49,799 bases of DNA, taken from positions 1 to 49,799 of the forward strand of contig JANMCB010000451.1 of assembly GCA_031360805.1 (NCBI GenBank), read 5' to 3'. This document shows, one piece after another, positions 30,112-39,244 of the stretch (within the stretch, counting starts at the first letter, position 1; each line of letters begins with the position of its first letter). The translations under genes were made by a program, and so were the position numbers. Source of the stretch: Rhodoferax sp. (GTDB lineage Bacteria; Pseudomonadota; Gammaproteobacteria; Burkholderiales; Burkholderiaceae_C). The notes below the pieces were generated by a model. It had not been told where the DNA came from and searched no databases. It saw only the letters and a program-made list of their open reading frames with translations.

Positions 30112-30146
30112 CTGTCTTAATATCCAGTAACTGTATTTTTAACCAG
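30112..30146. promoter_or_regulatory. Two tandem candidate LexA (SOS) boxes
   Basis: CTGTCTTAATATCCAG (30112-30127) and CTGTATTTTTAACCAG (30131-30146). Both fit CTG-N10-CAG and CTGT-N8-(A/C)CAG. On the minus strand they overlap a plausible lexA promoter (TGGTTA-17-TATTAA). Confidence 0.5.
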
Positions 30147-30157
30147 TTTCCAAACAA

Positions 30158-31183
30158 ATGCAAGACTTGTCGCATAAATCACAAAAAAAAGTCGTCGTGA
30201 TGGGCACCGGCGGAACCATTGCGGGCACAGCCGTTAACCCGGGCGACAACATTGGCTACACCGCTGCGCAGTTGGGCGTAGGCCAGTTGCTGGCGGACAT
30301 ACCGATGCTGGCGCGCCTGCCTTGCAAGCTTGTGGCCGAGCAGGTCGCCCAGATTGACAGCAAGGATATGGGCTTTCTGGAGTGGCAAAAATTGCTGGCG
30401 CGTACGGCCCATTGGCTGGGGCAGGCAGATGTGCAAGGCGTGGTCATCACACATGGGACCGATACACTGGAAGAGACAGCATTTTTCCTGCAGGTGGCCT
30501 TGCACCGCGATCTGCTGGCCCGAAAACCGGTGGTGCTGACCTGTGCAATGCGCCCGGCGACTGCGCTGAACCCGGATGGCCCGCAGAATTTGCGCGATGC
30601 GCTGGCTGTTGCGTTAACGGACCAGGCCAGCGGCGTCACGATGGTTTGCGCGGGGACTGTTCACGGCGCGCTGGATGTACAAAAAAGTCATACCTACCGG
30701 CCAGATGCCTTCAGTTCGGGTGACGCGGGGCCGGTGGGCTACGTCGAGGAGGGCGTGGTCCGGCAATTGAAACCCTGGCCTATTGCGCCCGACACCATCT
30801 TGAACAGCGCCAACAAGGCCAGCAACACCCACAGCGTGATTGACTTGCTTTTGCGCAACCCGAAGTGGCCGCGGGTCGAAATTCTGATGAGCCATGTGGG
30901 AGCCAGCGGGTTGATGGTCGAGGCTTTGTTGGCGCAGGCGGTTTCTGGCGGCATTGCGCCGCTTCGCGGCATCATCGTGGCCGGCACGGGCAACGGATCC
31001 TTGCACCACGATCTGGAAGCCGCTTTGGTGCGCGCTGTGCGCAGCGGGATAGTGGTTCGCAGAACCACCCGCTGCGCAAACGGGCGAGTACTGCCCGCTG
31101 CCAATCAGGCGATTCCCGATACCCAAGGGCTTTCCAGCGTGAAGGCGCGAATCGCCCTGATGCTGGAACTCATGCGGCCTTAG
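30158..31183 (+). CDS. L-asparaginase / glutaminase-asparaginase, with no signal peptide
   Basis: 341 aa: VVVMGTGGTIAG (catalytic Thr), VITHGTDTLEETAFFL. Confidence 0.9.
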   Translation: MQDLSHKSQKKVVVMGTGGTIAGTAVNPGDNIGYTAAQLGVGQLLADIPMLARLPCKLVAEQVAQIDSKDMGFLEWQKLLARTAHWLGQADVQGVVITHGTDTLEETAFFLQVALHRDLLARKPVVLTCAMRPATALNPDGPQNLRDALAVALTDQASGVTMVCAGTVHGALDVQKSHTYRPDAFSSGDAGPVGYVEEGVVRQLKPWPIAPDTILNSANKASNTHSVIDLLLRNPKWPRVEILMSHVGASGLMVEALLAQAVSGGIAPLRGIIVAGTGNGSLHHDLEAALVRAVRSGIVVRRTTRCANGRVLPAANQAIPDTQGLSSVKARIALMLELMRP

Positions 31184-31224
31184 CTTTCGCCGATGGCGAG
31201 GGTGGCAAGGGCGCCGAGGATTCC

Positions 31225-31941
<717 letters not shown>

Positions 31942-31995
31942 CTATTTTTTGCCCTTGGAGAATAGCACGCGCGGCCTTGTGATTGGCTGACGCCG

Positions 31996-32799
31996 TCAGG
32001 CCTTGAAGAGCTGGCGCGCCCGTTCAAGGTCGGCGGGTGTGTCCACGCCCGGACCCGGTGCGTGCGCAGTCACATGGACTGCGATGGCGTGGCCGTGCCA
32101 CAGTGCGCGCAATTGCTCCAGCGCTTCGGCGACCTCAAACGGTGCTTGGGCCAACGTCGGAAACAACCGCAAAAACCCGGCGCGATAGCCGTAAATGCCG
32201 ACGTGGCGCAGTGGTGCGGCCTGCGACAACAGCGCACGGGTGGCCGAACGGGCAGCATTTGCATGCCACCATGGCTGATTGGAAAAATCACGGGCATGCG
32301 GAATCGGTGCGCGGCTGAAATACAGCGCCATTGCGTTGGCGTCCAGCACGACTTTTACGATGTTGGGGTTGTTGAAGTCTTCCAGCGTCTCAATGGCGTG
32401 CGCAGCTGTGCTCATGCTGGCACTGGGGCGCTTTGCCAACAGCTCGGCAACAGCACGGATCAGGTTGGGGTCCATCAGCGGCTCATCGCCCTGCACGTTG
32501 ATCACGATTTCATCGTTGGCCAGTCCGAGCAGCGTACAGGCCTCGGCGAGCCTGTCGCTGCCGCTTTGGTGATCAGTGCGGGTCAAAACCGCTTCAATGC
32601 CGTGCGCCATACAGGCTGAAATGATGTCTGGGCTGTCGCCTGCCACCACCACGCGGACGGATTGCTTCGAGCCAGATTGCGCCAGCAAAGCACGCTGTGC
32701 CACACGCACGACCATGGGTGCGCCGCCAATGTCGGCCAGCGGCTTGTTCGGAAGTCGGGTTGAAGCCAGGCGCGCCGGGATGAGGACCGTAAAGCTCAA
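31996..32799 (-). CDS. kdsB: 3-deoxy-manno-octulosonate cytidylyltransferase
   Basis: [27 protein letters not shown]...NVQGDEP... Confidence 0.93.
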   Translation of the reverse strand: MSFTVLIPARLASTRLPNKPLADIGGAPMVVRVAQRALLAQSGSKQSVRVVVAGDSPDIISACMAHGIEAVLTRTDHQSGSDRLAEACTLLGLANDEIVINVQGDEPLMDPNLIRAVAELLAKRPSASMSTAAHAIETLEDFNNPNIVKVVLDANAMALYFSRAPIPHARDFSNQPWWHANAARSATRALLSQAAPLRHVGIYGYRAGFLRLFPTLAQAPFEVAEALEQLRALWHGHAIAVHVTAHAPGPGVDTPADLERARQLFKA

Positions 32800-32978
32800 A
32801 GCCCCAGTTCCTCATCAGTCATCACCCTGGCTTCACTTTCAAGAAGAACGGGAATGTCGTCGCGCACGGGGTACGCCAGTCGGGCGCTGCGTGAGGTCAG
32901 CTCCTGGCGCTCCCGGTCGTATTCAAGCGGGCCCTTGGTGACGGGGCAAACCAGCAGTTCGAGAAGTCGTGTGTCCAT
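32796..32978 (-). CDS. Trm112/YcaR-family small protein
   Basis: 60 aa from ATG 32978: [20 protein letters not shown]......L.S....[22 protein letters not shown]-type overlap with kdsB. Confidence 0.8.
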   Translation of the reverse strand: MDTRLLELLVCPVTKGPLEYDRERQELTSRSARLAYPVRDDIPVLLESEARVMTDEELGL

Positions 32979-33060
32979 CGCACGGATGATAGCTTTGTCG
33001 GCGCAAGTTTCATCATTGGCCCGCCGCTGCCTTGCCAAAAGCCTTCCCAAAGCCCCGCAA

Positions 33061-33110
33061 AAATTTGCTATTTATTAAATAGCAAAATATTCAATAAATA
33101 CGAGGGCTAG
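33061..33110 (+). repeat. Copy C of the AT-rich intergenic repeat family
   Basis: aaaTTTGCTATttattaaATAGCAAAatattcaATAAATACGAGGGCTAg. Lies inside the lpxK-ycaR spacer. Confidence 0.8.
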
Positions 33111-33208
33111 GGGCACAAATCTTCGATAAAATCGGAAAATAACTGCCTTTTGAAGGTGGATTGCGATATTTTGATATCGCCGGTGATATCAAATTAGTAA
33201 AATTGACT

Positions 33209-34306
33209 TCAGCCAGCCTTCAATTCAAGTTTCCAGTCTTTCAGCACCGTGTCCACCCCTTGTAAAAACGCCGGTTCCAGTTTCAGGATCAGCGGCACTG
33301 CCAGGGCGCCCGGGCAGGTTTGCCACAGCTTTACGGCATCCTTTTCGGTACAAACCAGGGCCAGGGTGGGGTCGAAGGGGTTCGACCAGCCGTTGAAGTC
33401 GAAATGGTCGCTCAGGGCTAAGGTGTGCGCCAGTGTCAATCCCTGGCCGCGCAGCATTTTAAAAAATGCTTCGGGTTGGGCTATGGCGGCAAGGGCTGCA
33501 AGGGGTTTGCCGCGCAGGCTGCTCAATTCAATGCGGCTGCCGTCAGCGCGCCTTGCATACTGGGCCAGATTCCGTCGGGCAGTAAAGCCCGTCTTGAACG
33601 CTGGCTGGCGGCCAGTATGCAGAATGAGCGTTTCGATCGGCGGCCACAGCAGTCCGCCATAGCGGCTCTTCGTGGTTTGACTCTGGATGGGTTGCCTCGG
33701 CCAAGGCTCCCGCAGCGGCCCGGCGGGCAGCAAAAACCCATTGCCGACACCGCGGTCGTCAAACACGCAAATTTCCAGGTCGCGCTGAAGTGCATGGTGC
33801 TGCAGGCCGTCGTCGCACACGATCACCTGGGTTTGCGGATATCCGGCCAACAGCGCTTTGGCCGCGTCCACCCGCAAGCGGGCTACAAAAACAGCAGCGC
33901 CGGTTGACGCTTTGATCAGCGCTGGCTCATCGCCAACCAGATTCGCCGGGCTGTCCGTCAGCACTTCACGGCAATCGCTTGTGCGGCGACCATAGCCACG
34001 CGACACCACGCCGACCTTCAGGCCGCGCTGTTGCAAATGCGTCACCAGAGCCATCACCACTGGCGTTTTGCCGACGCCACCGGCCACCACATTGCCGACC
34101 ACGATCACGCGCACGGGCACGCGCCAGGTCTCTTGCAAGCCTTCCCTGAATTGCCAACGGATCGCGAGCACAGCCAGCCCGTACCCAAGAGACACCGGCC
34201 ATAGCAGCCATGACAGCACGCCGCGATGGGTCCAGGCTTTCGTCAGCGTACTGTGAATCCAGGCGGTCAGGCTGATGTGCCGCCCGGGGGGCTGCCGACC
34301 CGGCAT
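33209..34306 (-). CDS. lpxK: Tetraacyldisaccharide 4'-kinase
   Basis: [22 protein letters not shown] (P-loop), [19 protein letters not shown] 34306 sits 4 nt after the exbD stop. Confidence 0.9.
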   Translation of the reverse strand: MPGRQPPGRHISLTAWIHSTLTKAWTHRGVLSWLLWPVSLGYGLAVLAIRWQFREGLQETWRVPVRVIVVGNVVAGGVGKTPVVMALVTHLQQRGLKVGVVSRGYGRRTSDCREVLTDSPANLVGDEPALIKASTGAAVFVARLRVDAAKALLAGYPQTQVIVCDDGLQHHALQRDLEICVFDDRGVGNGFLLPAGPLREPWPRQPIQSQTTKSRYGGLLWPPIETLILHTGRQPAFKTGFTARRNLAQYARRADGSRIELSSLRGKPLAALAAIAQPEAFFKMLRGQGLTLAHTLALSDHFDFNGWSNPFDPTLALVCTEKDAVKLWQTCPGALAVPLILKLEPAFLQGVDTVLKDWKLELKAG

Positions 34307-34310
34307 CGGC

Positions 34311-34775
34311 TTATTTCTTGGCGCCCGCGGCCGGCGCCTGAGCGGCACCTTGCACGGCGCCTGAGCTCGAAGACTGGGTGGCAAATGTGATCTGCGACAG
34401 CCCGCTGCGCCGCGCGGCCTCCATCACGGTCACGACGGCCTGGTGCCGCGCGCTGGCATCGGCGCTGATAACCACAACGCTGTCCTTGCCGGCTTTGGCG
34501 CCGTCCAGCATGGCGGCAGACAATTCTTCGGCGCTTCGCCCACGCACCGGTACGCGGTTCACCCCGTAATTTCCGTCGCTGCTCACGGTGACGATCAATT
34601 CCTTGGGGTAGTCGCGCTGCGCATCAGCGTCCGCGACCGGAAGCTTAAGCTGCAGCTCGGTGAACTTGCTGTACGTCGTGGACAGCATCAGGAAGATCAG
34701 CACCACCAACAGCACGTCGATGAACGGGATCAGGTTGATCTCCGGCTCTTCCTTCTGGCGAGGCCGAAAGTTCAT
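34311..34775 (-). CDS. exbD: ExbD/TolR-family biopolymer transport protein
   Basis: 154 aa: [19 protein letters not shown], followed by a periplasmic domain and an Ala-rich tail. Confidence 0.88.
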   Translation of the reverse strand: MNFRPRQKEEPEINLIPFIDVLLVVLIFLMLSTTYSKFTELQLKLPVADADAQRDYPKELIVTVSSDGNYGVNRVPVRGRSAEELSAAMLDGAKAGKDSVVVISADASARHQAVVTVMEAARRSGLSQITFATQSSSSGAVQGAAQAPAAGAKK

Positions 34776-34884
34776 GACGATATGGCCCCCACGCTTGCCA
34801 CTGCGTGTGCTGCGCTGCCCCCCGAGGGGGCTAATTTCCCTTGGGGCGGCCCGTCGGGAAATTGCCGTGACAGTGTTATCGCAT

Positions 34885-35517
34885 TCATGTCCTGCGGATC
34901 ATGTTGAGGTGGCGCACCAGCCGCTCGGAGGCCAATTCAAGTGTCATCAGGTATTCGTCCACGCGGGCACGGAAATACCGCCAGAAAATCAGCGACGGAA
35001 TGGCAATGATCAGGCCGAAGGCGGTGTTGTACAGCGCCACCGAGATGCCGTGCGCCAATTGCGCCGGGTTGCCGCCCGTGGCGCCACCGGCGGGCGACTG
35101 CGAGCCGAAAATTTCGATCATGCCCACCACCGTGCCAAACAGCCCCATTAGCGGCGCGGCTGAGGCGATAGTGGCCAGCGCGTTCAGGTAGCGCTCAAGG
35201 CGGTGCGCCACGACGCGTCCGGCGCCTTCAATCGAGGAGCGCAAATCGGCTTCACTGCATCGCGGGTTGGCATTCAGCGCCCGAAAACCGCTGGCCAGCA
35301 CCTCGCCCAGTGCCGAGTTCTGCTCCAGTTGGGTGACCACGTCAATTGATGGCACGGCCTGCCGCGAAATGCTGATGGCTTCTTCAAGCAGTTTGGGGGG
35401 CGCCACCTTGCCCACTTTGAGGCTGATGAAACGCTCGATGACCAAGGCCATGGCCAGGATGGAGCAGGCAATGAGCGGCCAGATCGGCCAGCCTGCGGCT
35501 TGTATGATTGAGAACAA
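34885..35517 (-). CDS. exbB: MotA/TolQ/ExbB proton-channel protein
   Basis: 210 aa, 3 TM. LATIASAAPLMGLFGTVVGMI and ALYNTAFGLIIAIP. Confidence 0.88.
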   Translation of the reverse strand: MFSIIQAAGWPIWPLIACSILAMALVIERFISLKVGKVAPPKLLEEAISISRQAVPSIDVVTQLEQNSALGEVLASGFRALNANPRCSEADLRSSIEGAGRVVAHRLERYLNALATIASAAPLMGLFGTVVGMIEIFGSQSPAGGATGGNPAQLAHGISVALYNTAFGLIIAIPSLIFWRYFRARVDEYLMTLELASERLVRHLNMIRRT

Positions 35518-35895
35518 TGGGACTCTTTCGCACGAATTTAAGTCTTTGCGATTATGGCCTAGCGGTGAATGGCTTTTGGCACTTGCAAGATCAATGCAGG
35601 CGCGAACAAATTAGTTCGAGGCGGATGAACTATTCAGCCGCATTTCGATTCGCGATCGGACCCACAATTTCTGTGGATATCTTTGTGAAGAACTTGGCTG
35701 GAAAGTGCTGCCGACCCGCGCCAATTCACGCTTGTGACACAACGATGACAATTTGAGCAGTTAAAAATCTAATGAAATCAACAGCTTGCCACGAAAAACT
35801 TTGGTTTTCAGAGGTTTTTCCGGGTTTTCGAAGAAACCGCTTGGTCTGTGGAGCACTTGTCTTCGTGTACCCGTTCGCAAAGCCCGTCATTGCTG

Positions 35896-37224
35896 ATGTT
35901 TGAGCCTGCCGCCCCAGTCAATTCGCCACGAATCTGGCAAGTTGGCGCGCTATGCCGCGCCATTGCTGATGCGCTCGACGCGCGCTTTAACCCGGTTGCG
36001 GTGCGTGGCGAGATTATTGGGTTTTCGCGCGCATCCAGCGGCCATTGCTATTTCACCTTGAAGGATGAAGCCGGACAGATCCGCTGCGCCATGTTTCGCC
36101 GTGCTGCGTCACTTCTTGACTTTGCGCCCCGGGACGGTGAAATGGTTGAAGTTCGCGGGCGGCTTGACGTTTACGGTCCGCGCGGTGATTTGCAGATGAT
36201 CGTTGAATCCCTGCGCCGGGCCGGGCAGGGCGCCATTTTCGAGCAGTTTTTAAGGCTCAAGGCAAAACTCGAAGCGCAAGGCCTGTTTGATGCTGGCCGC
36301 AAGCGGGCCTTGCCACTGATGCCGCGCGGCATCGGCGTGGTGACGTCATTGGGAGCAGCCGCCTTGCATGACGTCCTCACTGCGCTGCAGCGGCGGGTGC
36401 CGCATATTCCGGTGGTTGTGGCGCCAGCCTCAGTGCAAGGCACCAGTGCGCCGGCGGAATTGCGGCAAGCGTTGCTGGCGATGTATCAGCGGGCTGAGGA
36501 GCCCGTCACGCCATCGACCCGGGCGGATTCCACCCCGATTGACGTGATTCTGCTGGTGCGGGGTGGTGGCTCGATGGACGATCTGGCCGCCTTCAACGAC
36601 GAGGCATTGGCCCTTTTGATCGCCGCCAGCCCGGTCCCGGTGATCAGTGGTGTCGGGCATGAGACCGACTTCACCATTGCCGATTTCGTTGCCGACCTGC
36701 GAGCGCCAACCCCAACGGCTGCGGCTGAACTGGCAGTGCAACCCCGGGAAGTCTGGCTGGCCCTGCTTGAGAACTCAAATGAGCGCTTGATGAGCGCAGT
36801 TTTGCGCCGCCTTGACACCCAGCAGCAGCGACTGGACGCTGCCGCGGCCCGCCTTGGGCGTCCGTCTGGCCTGACCGCGCGGGGCCGGGTTGCGCTTGCG
36901 ACCAGTGGCCAGCGCCTTCAATCCAGCTTGATGCATGGTTTGGCGCGAAAGAGCGATGTTTTGCAGCGTCAAAATCTTGCCCTGCCACAAAACATGAACC
37001 GGGGGCTTGCTCGCTGCGAAGAACGCCTGGCACGTTCTGCCATGCGCTTGGGCCTGCTGGATCCCACGCTGGTGCTTCAGCGTGGCTATGCGTGGCTGTC
37101 CGCCGCAGATGGACAGACCGTAACCCGCGTCGCACAGGTTCGCAGTGGGCAATCCTTGAAGGCAACGCTGGTCGATGGCACGCTTGACCTTGTGGTTTCA
37201 GGGCAGGGCAAGCTGAACTTTTGA
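35896..37224 (+). CDS. xseA: Exodeoxyribonuclease VII large subunit
   Basis: OB-fold VRGEI.GFSRASSGHCYFTLKDE..QIRCAMF, then IGVVTS...AALHDV, RGGGS.DDL.AFN and SGVGHETD. Start is ATG 35896 or GTG 35848. Confidence 0.9.
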   Translation: MFEPAAPVNSPRIWQVGALCRAIADALDARFNPVAVRGEIIGFSRASSGHCYFTLKDEAGQIRCAMFRRAASLLDFAPRDGEMVEVRGRLDVYGPRGDLQMIVESLRRAGQGAIFEQFLRLKAKLEAQGLFDAGRKRALPLMPRGIGVVTSLGAAALHDVLTALQRRVPHIPVVVAPASVQGTSAPAELRQALLAMYQRAEEPVTPSTRADSTPIDVILLVRGGGSMDDLAAFNDEALALLIAASPVPVISGVGHETDFTIADFVADLRAPTPTAAAELAVQPREVWLALLENSNERLMSAVLRRLDTQQQRLDAAAARLGRPSGLTARGRVALATSGQRLQSSLMHGLARKSDVLQRQNLALPQNMNRGLARCEERLARSAMRLGLLDPTLVLQRGYAWLSAADGQTVTRVAQVRSGQSLKATLVDGTLDLVVSGQGKLNF

Positions 37225-37252
37225 AATCGTTCCTACAATCGTTTCTACAATC
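37225..37252 (+). repeat. 12-bp tandem duplication AATCGTTYCTAC x2 (+AATC) upstream of sodB
   Basis: Read directly. The tandem junctions generate two TACAAT (-10-like) hexamers. Confidence 0.8.
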
Positions 37253-37335
37253 TGCGGTTCGGCGCAGTCAAGCGGCGCAATCCGCTGGCGCGCAAGCCGA
37301 CCACTTTTCCAACCCCAACCACTCAAAAGGAAATC

Positions 37336-37917
37336 ATGGAACATACCCTGCCCCCACTGCCTTACGCCATTGACGCACTCGCACCCAACTATTCCAAAGA
37401 GACGCTGGAATACCACCACGGCAAGCACCACAACGCGTATGTGACCAACCTCAATAACCTGCAAAAGGGGACTGAGTTTGAAAGCATGACGCTTGAAGAA
37501 ATCATCAAGAAGTCCAGTGGTGGCATCTACAACAACTCAGCGCAAATCTGGAACCACACGTTCTTCTGGAACTGCATGAAGCCCGCTGGCGGGGGCGAAC
37601 CCACTGGTGCACTGGCGGCTGCCATCAACGCCAAATGGGGCACTTTTGCCGCGTTCAAGGAAGCGTTTGTGAAGTCAGCGGTCGGGAATTTCGGCTCTGG
37701 ATGGACCTGGTTGGTCAAGAAGCCGGATGGCTCGGTCGATATCGTCAACACCGGCGCTGCTGGCACACCTTTGACAACGGCTGACAAAGCCTTGCTGACC
37801 GTGGACGTTTGGGAACACGCCTATTACATCGATTACCGCAACATGCGGCCCAAATTCGTTGAGGCGTTCCTGTCGAACTTGGTGAACTGGGGCTTTGCAG
37901 AAAAGAACTTCGCCTGA
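37336..37917 (+). CDS. sodB: Superoxide dismutase [Fe]
   Basis: [29 protein letters not shown]...WNHTFFW...[15 protein letters not shown]. Confidence 0.95.
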   Translation: MEHTLPPLPYAIDALAPNYSKETLEYHHGKHHNAYVTNLNNLQKGTEFESMTLEEIIKKSSGGIYNNSAQIWNHTFFWNCMKPAGGGEPTGALAAAINAKWGTFAAFKEAFVKSAVGNFGSGWTWLVKKPDGSVDIVNTGAAGTPLTTADKALLTVDVWEHAYYIDYRNMRPKFVEAFLSNLVNWGFAEKNFA

Positions 37918-37930
37918 AGTTGCTTTGGCG

Positions 37931-37961
37931 GGTCACCCGAATCCTTATTGATCGGGTGACC
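37931..37961. terminator. Strong hairpin between convergent sodB and the DUF192 gene
   Basis: 10-bp perfect stem GGTCACCCGA / TCGGGTGACC with an 11-nt loop. No clear U-tract, so the terminator role is tentative. Confidence 0.45.
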
Positions 37962-37992
37962 TGTTGGGTGGTCGTTCGCCTCGTGCGATGAC

Positions 37993-38442
37993 CTATCGGG
38001 TGAACGCCTCGCCAGTCAATTTGGCACCGGCCTTGATGCCTTTTTTGGCGAACCAGCCCAGGTTCATTTCAAGCACGTAGCGCACGGGTTTGATCGAGCA
38101 ATGCGGCGCCTCGGACTGGGGCTTCATGTCGGCCAGATTGACGATCTCACCGTCGTCGGCCACAAAGGCGGCAGTCAGAGGAATCAGCGTGTTTTTCATC
38201 CAGAAACACTGCATGCCGGGCTGCTCAAATACAAAAAGCATGCCCTCAGGTTGCGGCATTTCGTTGCGGAACATGAGTCCGATGGTGCGCTGCCCGGGTG
38301 TCGACGCAACTTGTGCGGTGATTTGATGCATGCCTGCAGCCAGTTTGGTGCGTTGCAGGTCCATTTGCGGAGCATCGTGTGCAAAAGCCGATACTCCAAA
38401 GGCAGCGCAGAGGGCGATCAACGGGTGAATGAGGCGTTTCAT
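37993..38442 (-). CDS. DUF192 domain-containing secreted protein
   Basis: Signal peptide MKRLIHPLIALCAAFGVSAFA. MLFVF....FWMKNTLIPLTAAFV.DDGEIV......P.S....VRYVLEMN.GWF is typical of DUF192. Confidence 0.7.
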   Translation of the reverse strand: MKRLIHPLIALCAAFGVSAFAHDAPQMDLQRTKLAAGMHQITAQVASTPGQRTIGLMFRNEMPQPEGMLFVFEQPGMQCFWMKNTLIPLTAAFVADDGEIVNLADMKPQSEAPHCSIKPVRYVLEMNLGWFAKKGIKAGAKLTGEAFTR

Positions 38443-38509
38443 AGTCATGGTTTGATTGTGCATGGAGTGACTAAGACCGGGCTTGGCCCACAGAGTTTTG
38501 AGACTACGT

Positions 38510-38535
38510 AAAAAAACCCGCCTAAGCGGGTTTTT
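38510..38535 (-). terminator. Rho-independent (bidirectional-looking) terminator for the Ala/Lys-rich gene
   Basis: AAAAAAACCCGC-CTAA-GCGGGTTTTT. Confidence 0.7.
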
Positions 38536-38562
38536 GAGGTAAATCAAGAATCTCTTCTCAAA

Positions 38563-38940
38563 TTAGCCTTTTTTAGCAACTGGCTTGTCAGAAGCTTTAG
38601 CTTTTTTGGCAGCCATTTTTTCAGCACGTGCGGCTTTGGCAGCAGCGGCTTTTTCAGCACGTGCAGCCTTGGCAGCAGCGGCTTTCTCAGCCTTCATTTT
38701 CTTCGCGTCAGCAGCTTTGTCCGACTTCGAGTCAGCAGCGTTCTTGACGGCAGCGACTGGAGCAGCAGCAACTGCAGCAGCAGCTGGCTTGACGGCAACC
38801 GCTGGAGCAGGTGCAGCAGCTGGAGCAGCAGCAACGGCAGCAGCAGCCACTGGCTTGGCTGCGGTTGCAGCAGGTGTCGCTTGGGCGAAAGCACCGACAG
38901 AGAAGAAACCGGCGATCAGGGTGGCGAGAACTTTGTTCAT
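38563..38940 (-). CDS. Secreted low-complexity Ala/Lys/Pro-rich protein (histone-H1/AlgP-like composition)
   Basis: Signal peptide MNKVLATLIAGFFSVGAFA, then poly-Ala/Pro/Val, then a KAEKAAAAKAARAEKAAAAKAARAEK repeat encoded by a 33-bp tandem duplication. Has its own terminator. Confidence 0.6.
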   Translation of the reverse strand: MNKVLATLIAGFFSVGAFAQATPAATAAKPVAAAAVAAAPAAAPAPAVAVKPAAAAVAAAPVAAVKNAADSKSDKAADAKKMKAEKAAAAKAARAEKAAAAKAARAEKMAAKKAKASDKPVAKKG

Positions 38941-39178
38941 TTCAATTTCCTAAAAAGGGATTAAGTGCGACTTGGAAGCTTCCCTCCTGATAAACCAGAA
39001 GGCTCATCCGTAACGGGGGTGGTTTGGCCCCGGTTGACAAAGTTCCACATTTTTTTAAGGCTAAAATCGGAAAGTTGAAAAAACGCCTGACGATCGCAGC
39101 CAGAACGCCAAACCGAAGGTGACATTGGCTTTTGCGACTTAAAACCCAATTCAGCCAGCGGGCCTTGCCACTTACCCA

Positions 39179-39233
39179 TCGAACGACCGTCGAATAACTG
39201 TCGAATCATTCTCGAATCACTAACGAATATTGG
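39179..39233 (+). repeat. Five tandem 11-bp units (TCGAAYnnnnn) immediately upstream of the icd RBS
   Basis: tcgaacgaccg/tcgaataactg/tcgaatcattc/tcgaatcacta/acgaatattgg, read directly. Confidence 0.85.
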
Positions 39234-39244
39234 AGCGTTTTTAC

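Noticed and set aside
35518-35895. The 378-bp lower-GC spacer between exbB and xseA, examined for a Fur box, a sigma-54 promoter (TGGCACTTGCA), a DnaA box (TGTGGATAT) and the small ORF 35508-35756
   Set aside because: The Fur-box match around gatgacaatttgagca is poor. The GG/GC spacing is wrong for sigma-54. A single 8/9 DnaA-box match does not make an origin. The 82-aa ORF has no Shine-Dalgarno sequence and an implausible composition.
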